Below, piece after piece: positions 1 to 18,938 of a stretch of DNA of 64,000 nt; the stretch's first letter is position 1; each line of letters starts with the position of its first letter. This DNA is from the human T2T-CHM13v2.0 reference genome, Homo sapiens, in the NCBI RefSeq assembly GCF_009914755.1, contig NC_060938.1; one strand, written 5' to 3'. The notes beneath the pieces were generated by a model. The model saw nothing but the letters and a program-made list of their open reading frames with translations. It had not been told where the DNA came from and searched no databases. Made by a program: the position numbers and the translations under genes.

Positions 1-218
1 CCTCCACCTCCTGAGTTCAAGCGATTCTCCTGCTTCAGCCTCCAAAGTAGCTGGGACTACAGGTACGTGCCGCTGCACATGGCTAATTTTTGTATTTTTT
101 TAGTAGAGTTGGGGTTTTACCATGTTGGTCAGGCTGGTCTTGAACTCCTGACCTCAAGTGATCCACCTGCCTCAGCCTCCCAAAGTGCTGGGATTACAGG
201 CGTGAGCCACCATGCCCC
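1..218 (-). mobile_element. Alu, partial at window edge
   Basis: Alu consensus match. Confidence 0.9.
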
Positions 219-811
219 AAATAATGTATATTCTACAGCTGTTGGTGAAGTATTCTGTAAATGTCTGTTAGGTCCATTTGGCCTATGGTACAGTTTAAAT
301 TGGATGTTTCTTTAATAATTTCCTGTCTAGATGATCTGTCTAATGTTGAGAGTGGGGTTTTAAAGTCCCCAATTATCTATAGTGGAGTCTATCACTCCCT
401 TTAAATCTAATATTTGCCTTATATATCTGTTGGGTGCATATATATTTACAATTGTTATATTCTCTTACAGAACTGGTTCCTTTATTAAGATATAATTAAT
501 GTCATTCTTTTTTTCTTTTTACAGCTTTTGACTTGGAGTATGTTTTATCTAATGTAAGTATAGCTACTCCTGCTCACTTTTGATTTCCAGTTACATGGGG
601 TGTCTTTTTCTAGCCCTTCACTTTCAATTTTTGTGTGTCTTCACTGGTGAGGTGAGTTTTTTTGTAAGCAGCATAGAGTTGGGTCTTGTTATCAATTGTT
701 TTAATCAATTCCTCCAGTCTATATGTTTTAAATGGGGAATTTAATCCATTTCCATTCAAAGTTATTATTGGTAGGTGAGGACTTACTTCTGTCATTTTAT
801 TGATTGTTTTC

Positions 812-1139
812 TGGTTTTTTTGTTTGTTTTTTGTTTTTTTGTTTGTTTTTTGAGACAGTCTCACTCTGTCGCCCAGGCTGGAGTGCAGTGGCACAATCTT
901 GGCTCACTGAAAGCTCCGCCTCCCGGGTTCAGGCCAATCTCCTGCCTCAGTCTCCCGAGTAGCTGGGACTACAGGTGCCCGCTGCTACACCCAGCTAATT
1001 TTGGCTAATTTTTTGTATTTTTAGTAGAGATGGGGTTTCATTGTTAGCCAGTATGGTCTCGATCTCCTGACCTCGTGATCCGCCCGCCTTGACCTCCCAA
1101 ATTGCTGGGATTACAGGTGTGAACCAGTGCTCCCAGCCC
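812..1139 (-). mobile_element. Alu inside L1
   Basis: Consensus match with a T-rich tail on +. Confidence 0.9.
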
Positions 1140-2038
1140 TGTTTTCTGGTTGTTTTATATGTTCTTTGTTCCTTACTTTCTTTTTGTTTATTTTTGCAGT
1201 TGGGTGGTTTTCTGTAGCAATAAGCTTTGATTCCTTTCTTTCTCCTGCATGTAGGTAAATAATGGTGGTAGTTGTGTTTTCACTTCCAGATATAAGATAC
1301 CCTTGAGTATCTCTTGTAAGGCTGGTCTGGTGGTGATAAATTTCCTTAGTTTTTTTCTTATCTATCAAAGATTTTACTTCTCCTTTATTTTAGAAGGATA
1401 GCTATGCTAGGTATATTTTTGACTGGCAGTTTCTTTTTCTTTTAGTACTTTGAATATATTATCCTATTCTCTTCTGGCCCGTAAGGTTTTGCTGAGAAAT
1501 GCTTTGTTAGTTTAATTGAGATGCCTTTATATGTGACTTGATGTTTTTCCTTTAATGTGCCTTGGAGAGGATCTGTTTGGGGTTCTTTGATCTTCCTGAA
1601 CCTAGATCTCTGTCTCTCTCCCAAGAATGTTTCTGCTGATTATTTTATCAACTATGTTTTGCTCACCTTTTCTCTTCTTTTCCTTCTGGAATGCCCATGA
1701 TACCCACAAATTCTGTATACTTTCTTCATTCGTTTTTATTCTTTATCCTTTATCCGTTTTTTTTATGGTCTGTGTATGTTATTTCAAAATACCTGTCTTC
1801 AAGTTTAGAAATTCCTTTCTCTGCTTGGTCTAGTCTGTTGCTGAAGCTCTTAAGCATATTTTGTATTTCATTCACTGAATTCTTCAGCTCTTGGGTTTCT
1901 GTTTGCTTCTTTTTTTTTATGTGAACATTCATATTTTAGTAGGAATCAAAGTTCTCATGAAATATTAGGGTAGAAAATACATTTAAGAAAGAATACTAAA
2001 AAGAAAAGATAGACTTTTGCAGTCATTATGTTTATAAA

Positions 2039-3470
2039 TTTTTTTTTTCTTAGCATTTATTGATCATTCTTGGGTGTTTCTCAGAGAGGGGGATTTGGCA
2101 GGGTCATAGGACAATAGTGGAGGGAAGGTCAGCAGATAAACATGTGAACAAAGGTCTCTGGTTTTCCTAGGCAGAGGGCCCTGACGCCTTCCGCAGTGTT
2201 TGTGTCCCTGGGTACTTGAGATTAGGGAGTGGTGATGACTCTTAACGAGCATGCTGCCTTCAAGCATCTGTTTAACAAAGCACATCTTGCACCGCCCTTA
2301 ATCCATTTAACTCTTAGTGGACACAGCACATGTTTCAGAGAGCACGGGATTGGGGGTAAGGTTATAGATTAACAGCATCCCAAGGCAGAAGAATTTTTCT
2401 TAGTACAGAACAAAATGGAGTCTCCTATGTCTACTTCTTTCTACACAGACACAGTAACAATCTGATCTCTTTCTTTTCCCCACATTTCCCTCTTTTCTAT
2501 TCGACAAAACTGCCATCGTCATCATGGCCCGTTCTCAATGAGCTGTTGGGTACACCTCCCAGACGGGGTGGCAGCCGGGCAGAGGGGCTCCTCACTTCCC
2601 AGACGGGGCGGCCAGGCAGAGGCGCCCCCCACCTCCCAGACGGGGTGGCGGCCGGGCAGGGGCTGCCCCCCACCTCCCGGACGGGGCGGCTGCCAGGCGG
2701 AGGGGCTCCTCACTTCCCAGACGGGGCGGCTGCCGGGCGGAGGGGCTCCTCACTTCTCAGACGGGGCGGCCGGTCAGAGATGCTCCTCACCTCCCAGACG
2801 GGGTGGCGGGGCAGAGGCGCTCCCCACATCCCAGACGATGGGCGGCTGGGCAGAGACGCTCCTCACTTCCTAGACGGGATGACGGCTGGGAAGAGGTGCT
2901 CCTCACTTCCCAGACCGGACAGCCGGGCAGAGGGGCTCCTCACATCCCAGACGATGGGCGGCCGGGCAGAGACGCTCCTCACTTCCTAGACAGGGTGGTG
3001 GCCGGGCAGAGGCTGCAATCTGGCACTTTGGGAGGCCAAGGCAGGCGGCTGGGAGGTGGAGGTTGCAGCGAGCTGAGATCACGACACTGCACTCCAGCCT
3101 GGGCAACATTGAGCACTGAGTGAGCGAGACTCCGTCTGCAATCCCGGCACCTCGGGAGGCCGAGGCTGGCAGATCACTCGCAGTCAGGAGCTGGAGACCA
3201 GCCAGGCCAACACGGCGAAACCCCATCTCCACCAAAAAATAAAGAAACCAGTCAGGCGTGGCGGTGCGCGCCTGCAATCCCAGGCACTCTGCAGGCTGAG
3301 GCAGGAGAATCAGGCAGGGAGGTTGCAGTGAGCCGAGATGGCGGCAGCACAGTCCAGCCTCGTATGGGCATCAGAGGGAGACCGTGCCGAGAGGGAGAGG
3401 GAGGGGGAGGGGGAAGGGGAGGGGGAAGGGGAGGGGGAAGGGGAGGGGGAAGGGGAGGGGGAGGGAGAGA
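2039..3470 (-). mobile_element. SVA retrotransposon, full-length with short VNTR; probably an older (A/B-type) subfamily
   Basis: From high to low coordinates: hexamer-like CT repeat (about 3390-3470), Alu-like region, GC-rich VNTR (about 2560-3000), SINE-R (about 2055-2555) and AATAAA+poly(A). TSD ctgtttgcttcttttt at 1899-1914 and 3471-3486. Confidence 0.96.
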
Positions 3471-4159
3471 CTGTTTGCTTCTTTTTATGATATCTATCTT
3501 TTTGTTGAATTTCTCATTCAAATAATAAACTGATTTTTGTGATTTCATTAAATAGTCTATCTGTATTCTCTTGCATCTTACTGCGGTTCTTTAAGATTAT
3601 TATTTTGAATTCTTTTTCTGTCATTTCATATTGTTTTATTAGAGTCTGTTACTAGAGAAGTATTGTTTTCCTTGAAAGTGACATGTTTCTTTCCCCTTTT
3701 CATGGTTGATGTGTTCATACATTGATTTCTACACATCTGGTGGAAAAGTTATGTTTTCCAGTTTTATGAAGAAGGCTTCATAGGGAAACACTTATTTGTA
3801 CCAATAAACCTTTGGGTGTCAGTTCAGTGGGGTGCATTGACCTTGATTCTAGGTATGTACAGTAGTGTACTCTCCATTTAGTCTCTTCAGCTGTAATCCA
3901 TACTAGTGGCATTTGTGTGTTTCTCAGTGGTCTAGGCTGAGAGAATTTGTGATAATGATGTGGCTTTGCTGGAGTTGGGCTTCCCAGACTGTTTCTCAGG
4001 CCTGGTGTGTGTGTGTGTATGCACACAGTGGGTCAGCCAACTTGGGGTTTGGCTCACTGTGGTTTAGGTCACAGGGTTGTTACTCTGGCTGGGGGCATGC
4101 ACACATGGTTGCTCAGTTGGCCTTGGGGTGTGCCTGCCAGGAATGGTTTGTGGGACTTT

Positions 4160-5860
<1,701 letters not shown>

Positions 5861-6558
5861 CTCTGCTGGCCTGGGGCATCTCAGCTCCCATATGTGGGAG
5901 GACACACAGTGGTTTGGCTAGCTCATGGACAGTTTGCCCTGGGCGAGACCGGCAGACTCTTTCTCTAGCTGGATGTATGGTGGTGGGAATTGGTTTCTCT
6001 GCTTTGCAGGACCAGAGTTACAGCTGATCCTGGGCCCAAGCTCTGCACAGCTAGGGCTGTGGCATCCAGCTACCCTTGTGGGCTTGGCGTAATGAAAATG
6101 GAGCCCCAGTGCTGGGGTGGCTGCTGACCCTGGGAGGAGGGTGCACTCCACAGGTGGCTCTGCTGTCAAGATGGGGCTATTCTGCAGCAGCTTCGCTCAC
6201 AGGGAGTGGGTGGGGGTGGGGAGTGCACACCTTACACTCCTAATCCAAGGCAGTGCAGCTGCATGAATTCCAGGCAGCTCTGCAAACGGGGCTCAGGGCT
6301 TGTGAGAACTGTGGGGTTCTCCTGTAGAAAGGACTATAGGTGTTTGTCAAGATAATGAAGGCTGGTGGGGATCTGCTTACCTTTTCTCCACAACAGGAAG
6401 TCCCTCCTGTCTTCAGGCCAATCCGATTTGGGAAAAGCAGATGGGGCTGTAGAGGCCGGGTGCCTCCATGCTGCTCTTCCGGACTTCTGTCACTGCAGAT
6501 TCATCCCACTCCCCCACTGTACTCCAGTGCTCTCCCTTCGACACTCCAGTCAAAGTGA

Positions 6559-7745
<1,187 letters not shown>

Positions 7746-7799
7746 AAAATATAAGGCATCAAACATAGAACATGGCATATGGTCATTACCCAATTGATA

Positions 7800-8370
7800 T
7801 TAGTGTTCCAGTTATTATGGTTATGTCACAAGTTACCCCCAAAATTATTGGCCTGAAACAACCAGTTATTAAGCTCACAGATTATGTGGATTGGCAATTT
7901 GGACAGGGCACAGAGGGAATGGCTTGTCTCGGTTCTTTGGTATCTGGTGCCTCAGCTGGAAGACATTGAGTCTGAGGGCCGAATCATCTGCAGGTTCATG
8001 TACTTACGTGTTTTGGTTGATTCTGGCTGTTGGCTGAGACTTTCGCTGGGACTGTCAACTGGAACACCTACATGTAGCCTCTCCTTGTGGCCTGGGCTCC
8101 CTCACACATGGTGGCTGAGTTCCAAAGGTGAATGTCCTAAGAGAGAGCCAGGCAGAAGCTATATCCTTTATGACCTAGACTTGGAAGTCACATAGCATCA
8201 CTTCCACTATACTTTCTCAGTTGAAACAGACATAAACCAGTCATAACCCAGATTAAAGAGATGGGAAAGAGACCCCACCATTTGATGGCGGATAGAATAA
8301 ATAACATGTGAAACTGAAAATATTGCTGTTCACTGCATTCATTTTGGGAGAACACAGTCTGCCATAGTTA
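7800..8370 (-). mobile_element. MLT1-type LTR
   Basis: ccccaaaattattggcctgaaacaacca ... gcctctccttgtggcctgggctccctcaca ... gaagtcacatagcatcacttccac. Confidence 0.6.
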
Positions 8371-8697
8371 GGCACTTTTATTATTTCTACTATCCTTGTC
8401 AAACAGATATACTGATTTTCTCTAAATCCACCACTTACACTTAATTCTGCCTCCTTTACTTACATCATAGTGTTCTCTCTACTTGGAATGTACTTCCTTT
8501 CTTCACCCTGCCTTGCTCTGCCTTTTGAAGTGGTACCCTTTCCTTTAAGAGCTAGCTGAAAGCACAGCCTTTCTCTGTCTTTCCCCTGGTTGTAAGAGGT
8601 TATTTGATTTCTCCCTGCATTTCCAAAATCCATAATTTTAGCACCATTTATTTAGCACTTGTTATCTATACCCTGTATTATACATTATCTTCTTCTC

Positions 8698-9001
8698 TTT
8701 TTTTTTTTTTTTTTTTTTTGAGATGGAATTTCGCTCTGTTGCTCAGGCGGGAGTGCACTGGTGCGATCTCGGCTCACTGCAACCTCCGCCTCCCAGTTTC
8801 AAGCAATTCTCCCTGCCTCAACCACCCGAGTAGCTGGGATTACAGGCGCCCGCCACTACGCCTGGCTAATTTTTGTATTTTTAGTAGAGATGGGGTTTTG
8901 CCATGTTGGCCAGGCTGGTCTTGAACTCCTGACTTCAAGTGAGCCACCTGCCTCGGTCTCCCAAAATTCTGGGATTACAGGCGTGAGCCACCACGCCCAG
9001 C
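8698..9001 (-). mobile_element. AluS
   Basis: Consensus match; TSD tacattatcttct. Confidence 0.92.
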
Positions 9002-9119
9002 CTACATTATCTTCTTAAATGTAATTCATTTTGAGGGCAAGAAAGACAATATTTTCAAGTTTTAATGTGTACCGCTTAGTAGTTAGACTCATTATTTTGC
9101 TAATCTTAAGAATTCCCTA

Positions 9120-9487
<368 letters not shown>

Positions 9488-9999
9488 TTATAAGCAAAGG
9501 TGAAATAGTCATTGCTGGAATACGCAAATGTGGCCCAGCCTCCCAAAGTCATTCCTGGGAACATTTCTGTATGTACTTGCTTACAATAGACATATTACGT
9601 TTTCCTAAAGTTTCAAGATTAAGGAAGTGCTCATTCTCCATAGGGCCTTCAGTCATTCCCTCTTCACTGGTTTTGGTTTTCCGTTTGTTGCTCCTCTTTT
9701 TTTCCTCTCAAATACTTTATTGTTTCCCACAGGCTTATCTGTTTTCCTACCCTTTATTGATACTGGGATTAAAATGAACTAGTAGAACATTCCATCACTG
9801 CCCCATATTTTCTAACATATGGATTCATGTTTCCATAAATTCTATGCATCTAATATTTTCATGCACGTCTTTAAAGAATAGATCTCCACAAGCTCATAAT
9901 TTGGGTACCAACTATAGAACTGAAGATACCACATACTGTTGTGTAGTTTTCACACTGCATAAAAGGACTGTTTTATAAAGGCAGAGATGAAATCCAGCT

Positions 10000-10302
<303 letters not shown>

Positions 10303-11410
10303 AAAATCCAGCTCTTGATCTACCTGCAGTATTCTCTATGTTCTGGTGTGGAGCTTTGTCAGCCAGAAAGTGGGGTGCCCTTTTGTAACTCAAACAAAGA
10401 GGTCAAGTGTGTTGCTCTTGGCTCTGACGGTAGATTTGCTATCAAAACTGTCTTCTGAATGGGTGCTTCTAGAGGGTTGGGACCATATCTCATTTATCTC
10501 TATGCCCTTTCAACCTCATGGGGGGCTTAGAGACATTTATTGAATTACTACTATATTGCTCTGCAATTATTCCTAAAGATGACAGAGTGCTCCGAAGATA
10601 CTAGTTATAACTGTCACCTGAAATGGAATGGACTCACTCACAACCTTCCTGTAGGTGGCAGAAAACCAGAGATGAGAGCTTAAACAAAGATTAGAAGCAG
10701 AGATAAAGACAGTAAGTTCCACCATTATCTTTATGACTGTTGGGCAAATTAACTGACCTTCTGTGCTTCAGTTTTGTTTTTTTATATACCTGCAAAATGA
10801 GGATATTTACAGGTATAAAATGTTTAGTAACCCTCCTTTGTAGGGTTATTACAAGGATTAAATGAAGTAATGCACATAAAACACAAAGCAGAGTGCTGGC
10901 CATTGCTGCTGTCACTGTTGAGTAATGTAGAGGAAAGCACATTGAGCTAGCAAAGGAACTCACAGGCTAAATGTTAAATATGTAAAATTTATTTGATAAG
11001 AGGTTTTGTAGTGGAATGTATGTATTTTGTGCCTTATGTTTAATTAGAAGCAATAAAATATGTTAAGAGGAGAGACTAGTTAAAAGGAAGGCTCTTGCTC
11101 TGTCTTGCTCTGTCACCCAGGCTGTGCAGTGGCATGATCTTGGCCCACTACAACAAGCTACTGTGATGATGAGGATGATGTTTATTGTTCCGAAGGTCAA
11201 CTTTTGGAGATACTGTCTCCATATCTATCAGGGCACATTAAAAATACTTCTAACCAGAAACAAGTACTTCCAAAAATTTACTGCCAAGATCTAGAGGATA
11301 CAAAATCCCTGAGGTGGGATTCCAGAGGTAACACTGTTGGGAAGCTGAATTAGCTTTGCCATCATTGAAGCATTAAATGGTTTATAAAGAAAAAGTCTCA
11401 GAGCACAGAT

Positions 11411-12361
<951 letters not shown>

Positions 12362-12661
12362 AAACTGAGCAGCAGACTGATGTCTTGGGTACTCATCAAG
12401 TTCATAATTTAAAAATCTTAGGAAAGGATATATTGGTATAGAACTTTTTATTTGGTATTTTGGTAGCAAAATAGCAACTTTTTAAGAAAAACATTAGGGT
12501 TTTTGATAGGCTACTTATAGGATAAACATGACCAGGTTCCACATTTCTAAATCATTATTTTTCCTTTGTTCCACCATTCAGTCTGGTCGCTAAGTGCTTG
12601 CATTCTTCCTTTGCGCAGAACCTTTCTTTTTCATTGCAGTTGTCATTCCCTTATTAGAAGT

Positions 12662-13618
12662 TGTGATATTGTAAAATAAATATTGGGCCTTCTTCCTGTT
12701 TCCTGACGTACAGCTTCTAAAACCCTTAGAATCTATGGACTGATAAGGGTATCTTTTAGGTGCTAATGATACGACTGGTGGCTGGGGGCCCCTAGATAGC
12801 TTCAGGGTGGGGTCTGGTTACTGGAAAGACTGAGGCAGGATTAGAGGGTTGAGACTCTCAGCCTCATACCCCGATCTCAGAGGGAGGGAAGAGGGGCTGA
12901 AGGTTGAGTTGATCACCAAAGGCCAACGATTTAATCAATCATGCCTGCATCATGAAACTCCCATAAAAACCTAAAAGGACTGGAGTCAGAGAGCTTCTAG
13001 GTAGCTGAACATATGGAGGTTTCTGTAGGGGCATGGACGCTCTGCCCTCCTTCTCCCACACTTTGCCCCATACATCTCTTCCATCTGGTTATTTATCTGT
13101 ATCCTTTGTAATATTCTTTATAAAACATGAGAAAACAGTGTTTTTCTGGGTTCTGTGAGCTGCTCTAGGAAATTAACTGAAACCCAGCAAGGAGTACTAA
13201 AAACCCCTATTTATAACCAGTTGGTCAGAAACAAGTACGGGCCACAATCCATGGCATCTGAAGTGGAGGGCAATGTTGGGAACTAAGCCCTTCAACCCGT
13301 GAGATCTGATGCTATCTCCAGGTAGATAGTGTCAGAATTGCCTGTTCACTCCAGGTGGATCGTGAACTGGAGGACACCTGGCTGCTGTCCGCTGGAGAAT
13401 CTGTTGCAGAATCCACTGCAGAATTGCTTGATTTCTGGCGAAAAACTCCCACACACCTGGTGCCAGAAGTGCTGAGTGACTGTGTGAGAGTAGAGAACAA
13501 GAAAAATACGTCTTGTGTTGTTTTTTTCTATTTCTAGAGTTGGTGTCAGAACTGTTGCATTGAGGAACCGAGTAAGAATGGGGAAAAGTACTTTGGTGTT
13601 TTTCCTATTTCTCCTCAC
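12662..13618 (+). mobile_element. MER21-family LTR
   Basis: Starts tgtgatattg and ends cctcaca. Internal gggggcccctagatagcttcagg and gatctgatgctatctccaggtagatagtgtcagaattg motifs. Confidence 0.75.
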
Positions 13619-14764
13619 AGAAGTGTACTGAGTAAGAGGGGATAGATTTTTTACTGCCAGCAAATTAGAAGGAAACATGCTTGCAGCACTCCTGACAGCA
13701 CTAACCTTGGAGCTGCAAAGAGAAAGAAAAGCAACAGTAGGGAGAAGACTTTCCAGACTGCAGATCCCCAGTAATGGAAGCAGGGGATTGACTTCAAGCG
13801 ATTACAAGAAAGTTTTATTAGAATGCAAAATTAAATTTGTCATTTTTAATTGCACATTGATTTGTGTTTGCTGATTCATATTATTTTTGGTGTACTTTGC
13901 CACACACGGAGAAAGCCAATTCTCTTAATTAACTATTGCTTTTTTAATCAGGAGGACAAATCTAATAAATACAAAACATTAAAAAGCAGCACACAAGTAT
14001 TAAAGGCAACCAATGAGATATGCAATAGGAGTGTGGGCAAAAAGCAATCGACCTGGGCAGATAGAATTGAGGACTGTTTCAGATCTCTAAGATATGTCCC
14101 TTTCTCTGCCGCTGCCACCAGGTTAGTCTAGGCTCTCAGGACTTCATGCCTGTTAGTGAAGAAGAGAAGAGACAAGAGAGAGGGTAAAGGAAGGGGGAGG
14201 AAAAGAGGGAAGAGAAGGTCATGACCCATTGGGTTTGCTCTCTATAGGTGGAGAATAGGTTGTATCCTGTTCCTGTCCATTGACCTAGACTGTGGCAGGG
14301 CAGGAAACTATAGGTATTTGGACCTTAATGCTTTCTGAAAATTTTATCTGTAACTTTTGAGACCGCTAAGAAAATTGTGAGTTTTTGTTAGCTCTTTTTT
14401 GGAGATTTAAGGCAGATTTCTCTTCTGTCTGTAAAAATTCTTCAATGGGTCCATGACAGGACAAGATAGAATGAACTAAAAATTACTTTGCCTAATAAAG
14501 GTGGCATATAATGGAGACTCATTTTACCTCCCATCAAGTTATTTTGTCTGCCATTCCACTCAGTGGGTCTGTGAAGGATGATGTCAAGTCAGAAGCAGTC
14601 AATTCACGTTGGTAAAACTCAGAATAATTGTGTGACTCATTTTACTCACTTCCCCACACTAACCAAGAACTGGAACACATCGTTCAGGTGGCTGGGATTT
14701 ACTTGGTGATCACTCTGTCAATATCAAGGAAGAAACTGAAAAATTAATTGAGGGCCATAGAACA

Positions 14765-15442
14765 ATAAGGTTTGGCTCTTGTGTCCCCACTCAAATCTCA
14801 TGTTGAATTATAATCTTCAGTGTTGGAGGAGGGGCCTGGTGGGAGGTGATTGGATTATGGCAGGGGGATTTTCCCCTTGCTATTCTCATGATAATGAGTG
14901 AGGTCTCACAAGATCTGCTTGTTTAAAAGTGTGTAGCACTTCCTGCTTAGTGCTCTCTCCTGCTCTACCATGCTAAGACAGGCTTGCTTCCTCTTTGCCT
15001 TCTGCCATCCATGACTGTAAGATTGTACATTTCCTGAGGCCTCCCAGCCATGCTTCCATACAGTCTGCTGAACTGTGAGTCAATTAAACCTTTTTTCTTT
15101 ATGAATTACCCAGTCTCAGGTGGTTCTGTTTTTTGAGACGGAGTCTCACTCTCACCCAGGCTGGAGTGCAGTGGCATGGTCTTGGCTCACTGCAATCTCT
15201 GCCTCCTGGGTTCAAGTGATTCTTGTGCCTCAGCCTCCTGAGTAGCTGGGATTACAGGCACGTGCCACCACACCCAGCTAGTTTTTATATTTTTAGTAGA
15301 CATGCGTTGGCCAGGCTGGTCTTGAACTCCTGGCCTCAAGCAATATGCCCACCCCCGCCTCCCAAAGTACTGGGATTATAGGCATGAGCCACTGTGCCTG
15401 ACCTCAGGTAGTTCTTTATAGCCTTGTGAGAACGTACTAAAA
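14765..15442 (+). mobile_element. MST-type MaLR LTR interrupted by an Alu (-) at about 15128-15404
   Basis: ggtttggctc..gtgtccccactcaaatctcatgttgaat ... caattaaacc..ttctttatgaattacccagtctcagg; resumes after the Alu with ctcaggtagttctttatagc. Confidence 0.8.
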
Positions 15443-15696
15443 AATAGAGCAACTTTCATTAAGGAAGACTCCATTAGTCTACTTTATGGGCAATTTATGT
15501 TATTTTCAATAGTGTTGACTTTAGAATTTAATCCCCATTAAAGATGAGATTTTCAGAAGAGTTTTCAGTTTTCCTCTAGCAGTTAAAGAGACAATGGTCT
15601 GGAACTTGAGGAGTCAGCCCATTTACTCAGGCTAGGGCCAAAGGAGAAAGACGTTTGAAAGGGATTTTCTCTTTAAGGTATGGTCAATGAACTTTA

Positions 15697-15992
<296 letters not shown>

Positions 15993-16080
15993 ATTTTTAG
16001 AAGTAGAAGAAAGAATAATGTCTGATATTCAGTTAAAAAACAAAACAAAACAACTTCAACAGTCTTTTATTACCAAACTA

Positions 16081-16533
<453 letters not shown>

Positions 16534-16846
16534 TTAAAAAACTAAAACTTTTCAGTGTTGCCGAAAAAATACCGCAAAGTGATTGCAGTCCACAAAAAAA
16601 CAGCATTTGGCAGTTCGTGCTGCCTTAAAAACCCCAACTCAAGATAACTCTAGGAGAAGCTCATCCCCGCATTTAAGAAAAATGCCTTTTCTCTTCTTCC
16701 TTGTTCAAATTCCACTGCTTATTCCATAAAACAACCGAAGAATAACAAGACCCAGGTCACTTTTCTCAGCCCCTGTCTATCCGTTAAGGCTCATACCACG
16801 GAGTATTTCTTAGGAAACTTCACCTCCCCTACAATCAGGAAATTGA

Positions 16847-17293
<447 letters not shown>

Positions 17294-18403
17294 CATTGAA
17301 AAGGGTTCCTTTCTAAGCAAAAACACCCGAACACCTTGTAACTGGAAGTCTAACCAGGCAAAACCTAGTAGCAGCAGGTACAATACTAGGGCTGTACCAA
17401 AAAGTGCAATCTCCCCCCTTAAACATAAAAGTAAAGGTGGTGAAGAGAGCCAAGTGAATATTTGACCTCACCTGTCTTCTGAGAAGTTTGCATATTTTGG
17501 GCTGAAGCCATGTTGCAGAGAAAGACATTTGGTCACAGAGTAGCCTTTGCTGTATCTGGCTGGATAAAGCTGCCATTCCTGGGCAGCCTGCTTCGTGGCT
17601 GTTTTAATGAAAGCTTTGCCCCCTTACGCAAAGTACTTAAGAATTAATTCAGAAATTTTCAATTCGACTTCATAAATGACAAATACTTTAACAGAAGCTT
17701 CTCAAAAACACCAATGGAGACAGACCACCCCTCAGTTGAGGATCACAGCTCCTTCTACTCTGTGAGCTTCTGGCTGGACTTCTGCAGCAGCTCATTGGTC
17801 TTGGAATAAGTGTCTACATCCAAAGAACACTCTATACACCAACAATCAGAAGAGATGAGCCACCTGCAGTACACACTGCCACCTCCTATCAGTGGCAATG
17901 CCCTCCTTCTAAGAGCCCAGAGCAAGAAGACAAGGCCATTCAGTTCGGATTTAGCCAGGACACAACTGCATTGGCAAATGCTCCCAGCCTCTCTCAGGAG
18001 AATTGGCTTGATGGCTCTGCACAGTGAAGACGGTGAATAGAACACCTTGTTTGGCCCACCCAGATAAATCTCCATGGCCAGGATGATCAAAACCATCTGT
18101 CTGTAGGCAGCTCTTCATACATGTTTTCCAAACTAGGCAGAGATCGCACAGGCCTTTGGACACTAAAGCAGCTTCGTGAGCTTGATAGGGTCTGTGATAT
18201 GGATCCTGTCCCAGGATGACAACCTCCACACCTCCTATGTCACACATCTGGGTCCAGGTGAAGACTTGGTGTTGGGGAGGATAAACAGTGTAATGTTTTC
18301 TTTCTTCTGCAACAAATCCCGTTCGTTTTATAGAATACAGTTTTCCGAACTCTCCATTGAGGTGTTTCTTCCAACTCTCACCAAACACCACAGGTACGCT
18401 GTG

Positions 18404-18642
18404 GGCACGACATCGGCTCACTGCAACCTCCGCCTCCCAGGTTCAAGCGATTCTCCTGCCTCGACCTCCTGAGTAGCTGGGATTACAGGTATGCACCACC
18501 ACACTCGGCTAATTTTGTATTTTTAGTAGAGATGGGGTTTCACCATGTTGGCCAGGATTATCTCGATCTCTTGACCTCGTGATCCACCCACTTCAGCCTC
18601 CCAAAGTGCTGGGATTACAGGCATGAGCCACTGGGTCCAGCC
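18404..18642 (-). mobile_element. Alu lacking its 3' end and tail, fused to the UNG pseudogene
   Basis: Consensus match stops at tgagccgatgtcgtgcc and continues directly into UNG-like sequence. Confidence 0.88.
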
Positions 18643-18834
18643 AACCTATCTTGAATTGACTAAATTATATCTATGACAAATTTAACTAGGATAATTAAAC
18701 AGGTCATTTGTTAATTTGTCAGCTTATGATCACTAACCATACAAGCTGGGTGACTGGCCTTATATTAATAAGCATTACTCTTCATATGTCTGACTTCATT
18801 AAATTTGGCATAGTGATATTTTGTTCAAAAATTT

Positions 18835-18938
18835 TTTATTAATAATTCATTTTCATAGCTCAGAAAAGGATATAATCAGTAGAACAACTAAAAACAAAAC
18901 CTCACCTCTACAGAGATAGCCAGTGTGTAGACTTTATT
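18835..18938 (-). terminator. Candidate distal polyadenylation signals of STON2
   Basis: tttatt on + (AATAAA on -) at 18835-18840 and 18933-18938, in a U-rich context on the minus strand. Confidence 0.55.

Noticed and set aside
2522-3548. GC-rich, Pro/Gly/Arg-rich ORFs
   Set aside because: They derive from the SVA VNTR, Alu-like and hexamer sequence.
17743-18421. Functional uracil-DNA glycosylase
   Set aside because: GQDPYH is retained, but there are multiple frameshifts, the HPSPLS motif is destroyed with an in-frame stop, and the N-terminus is replaced by Alu.
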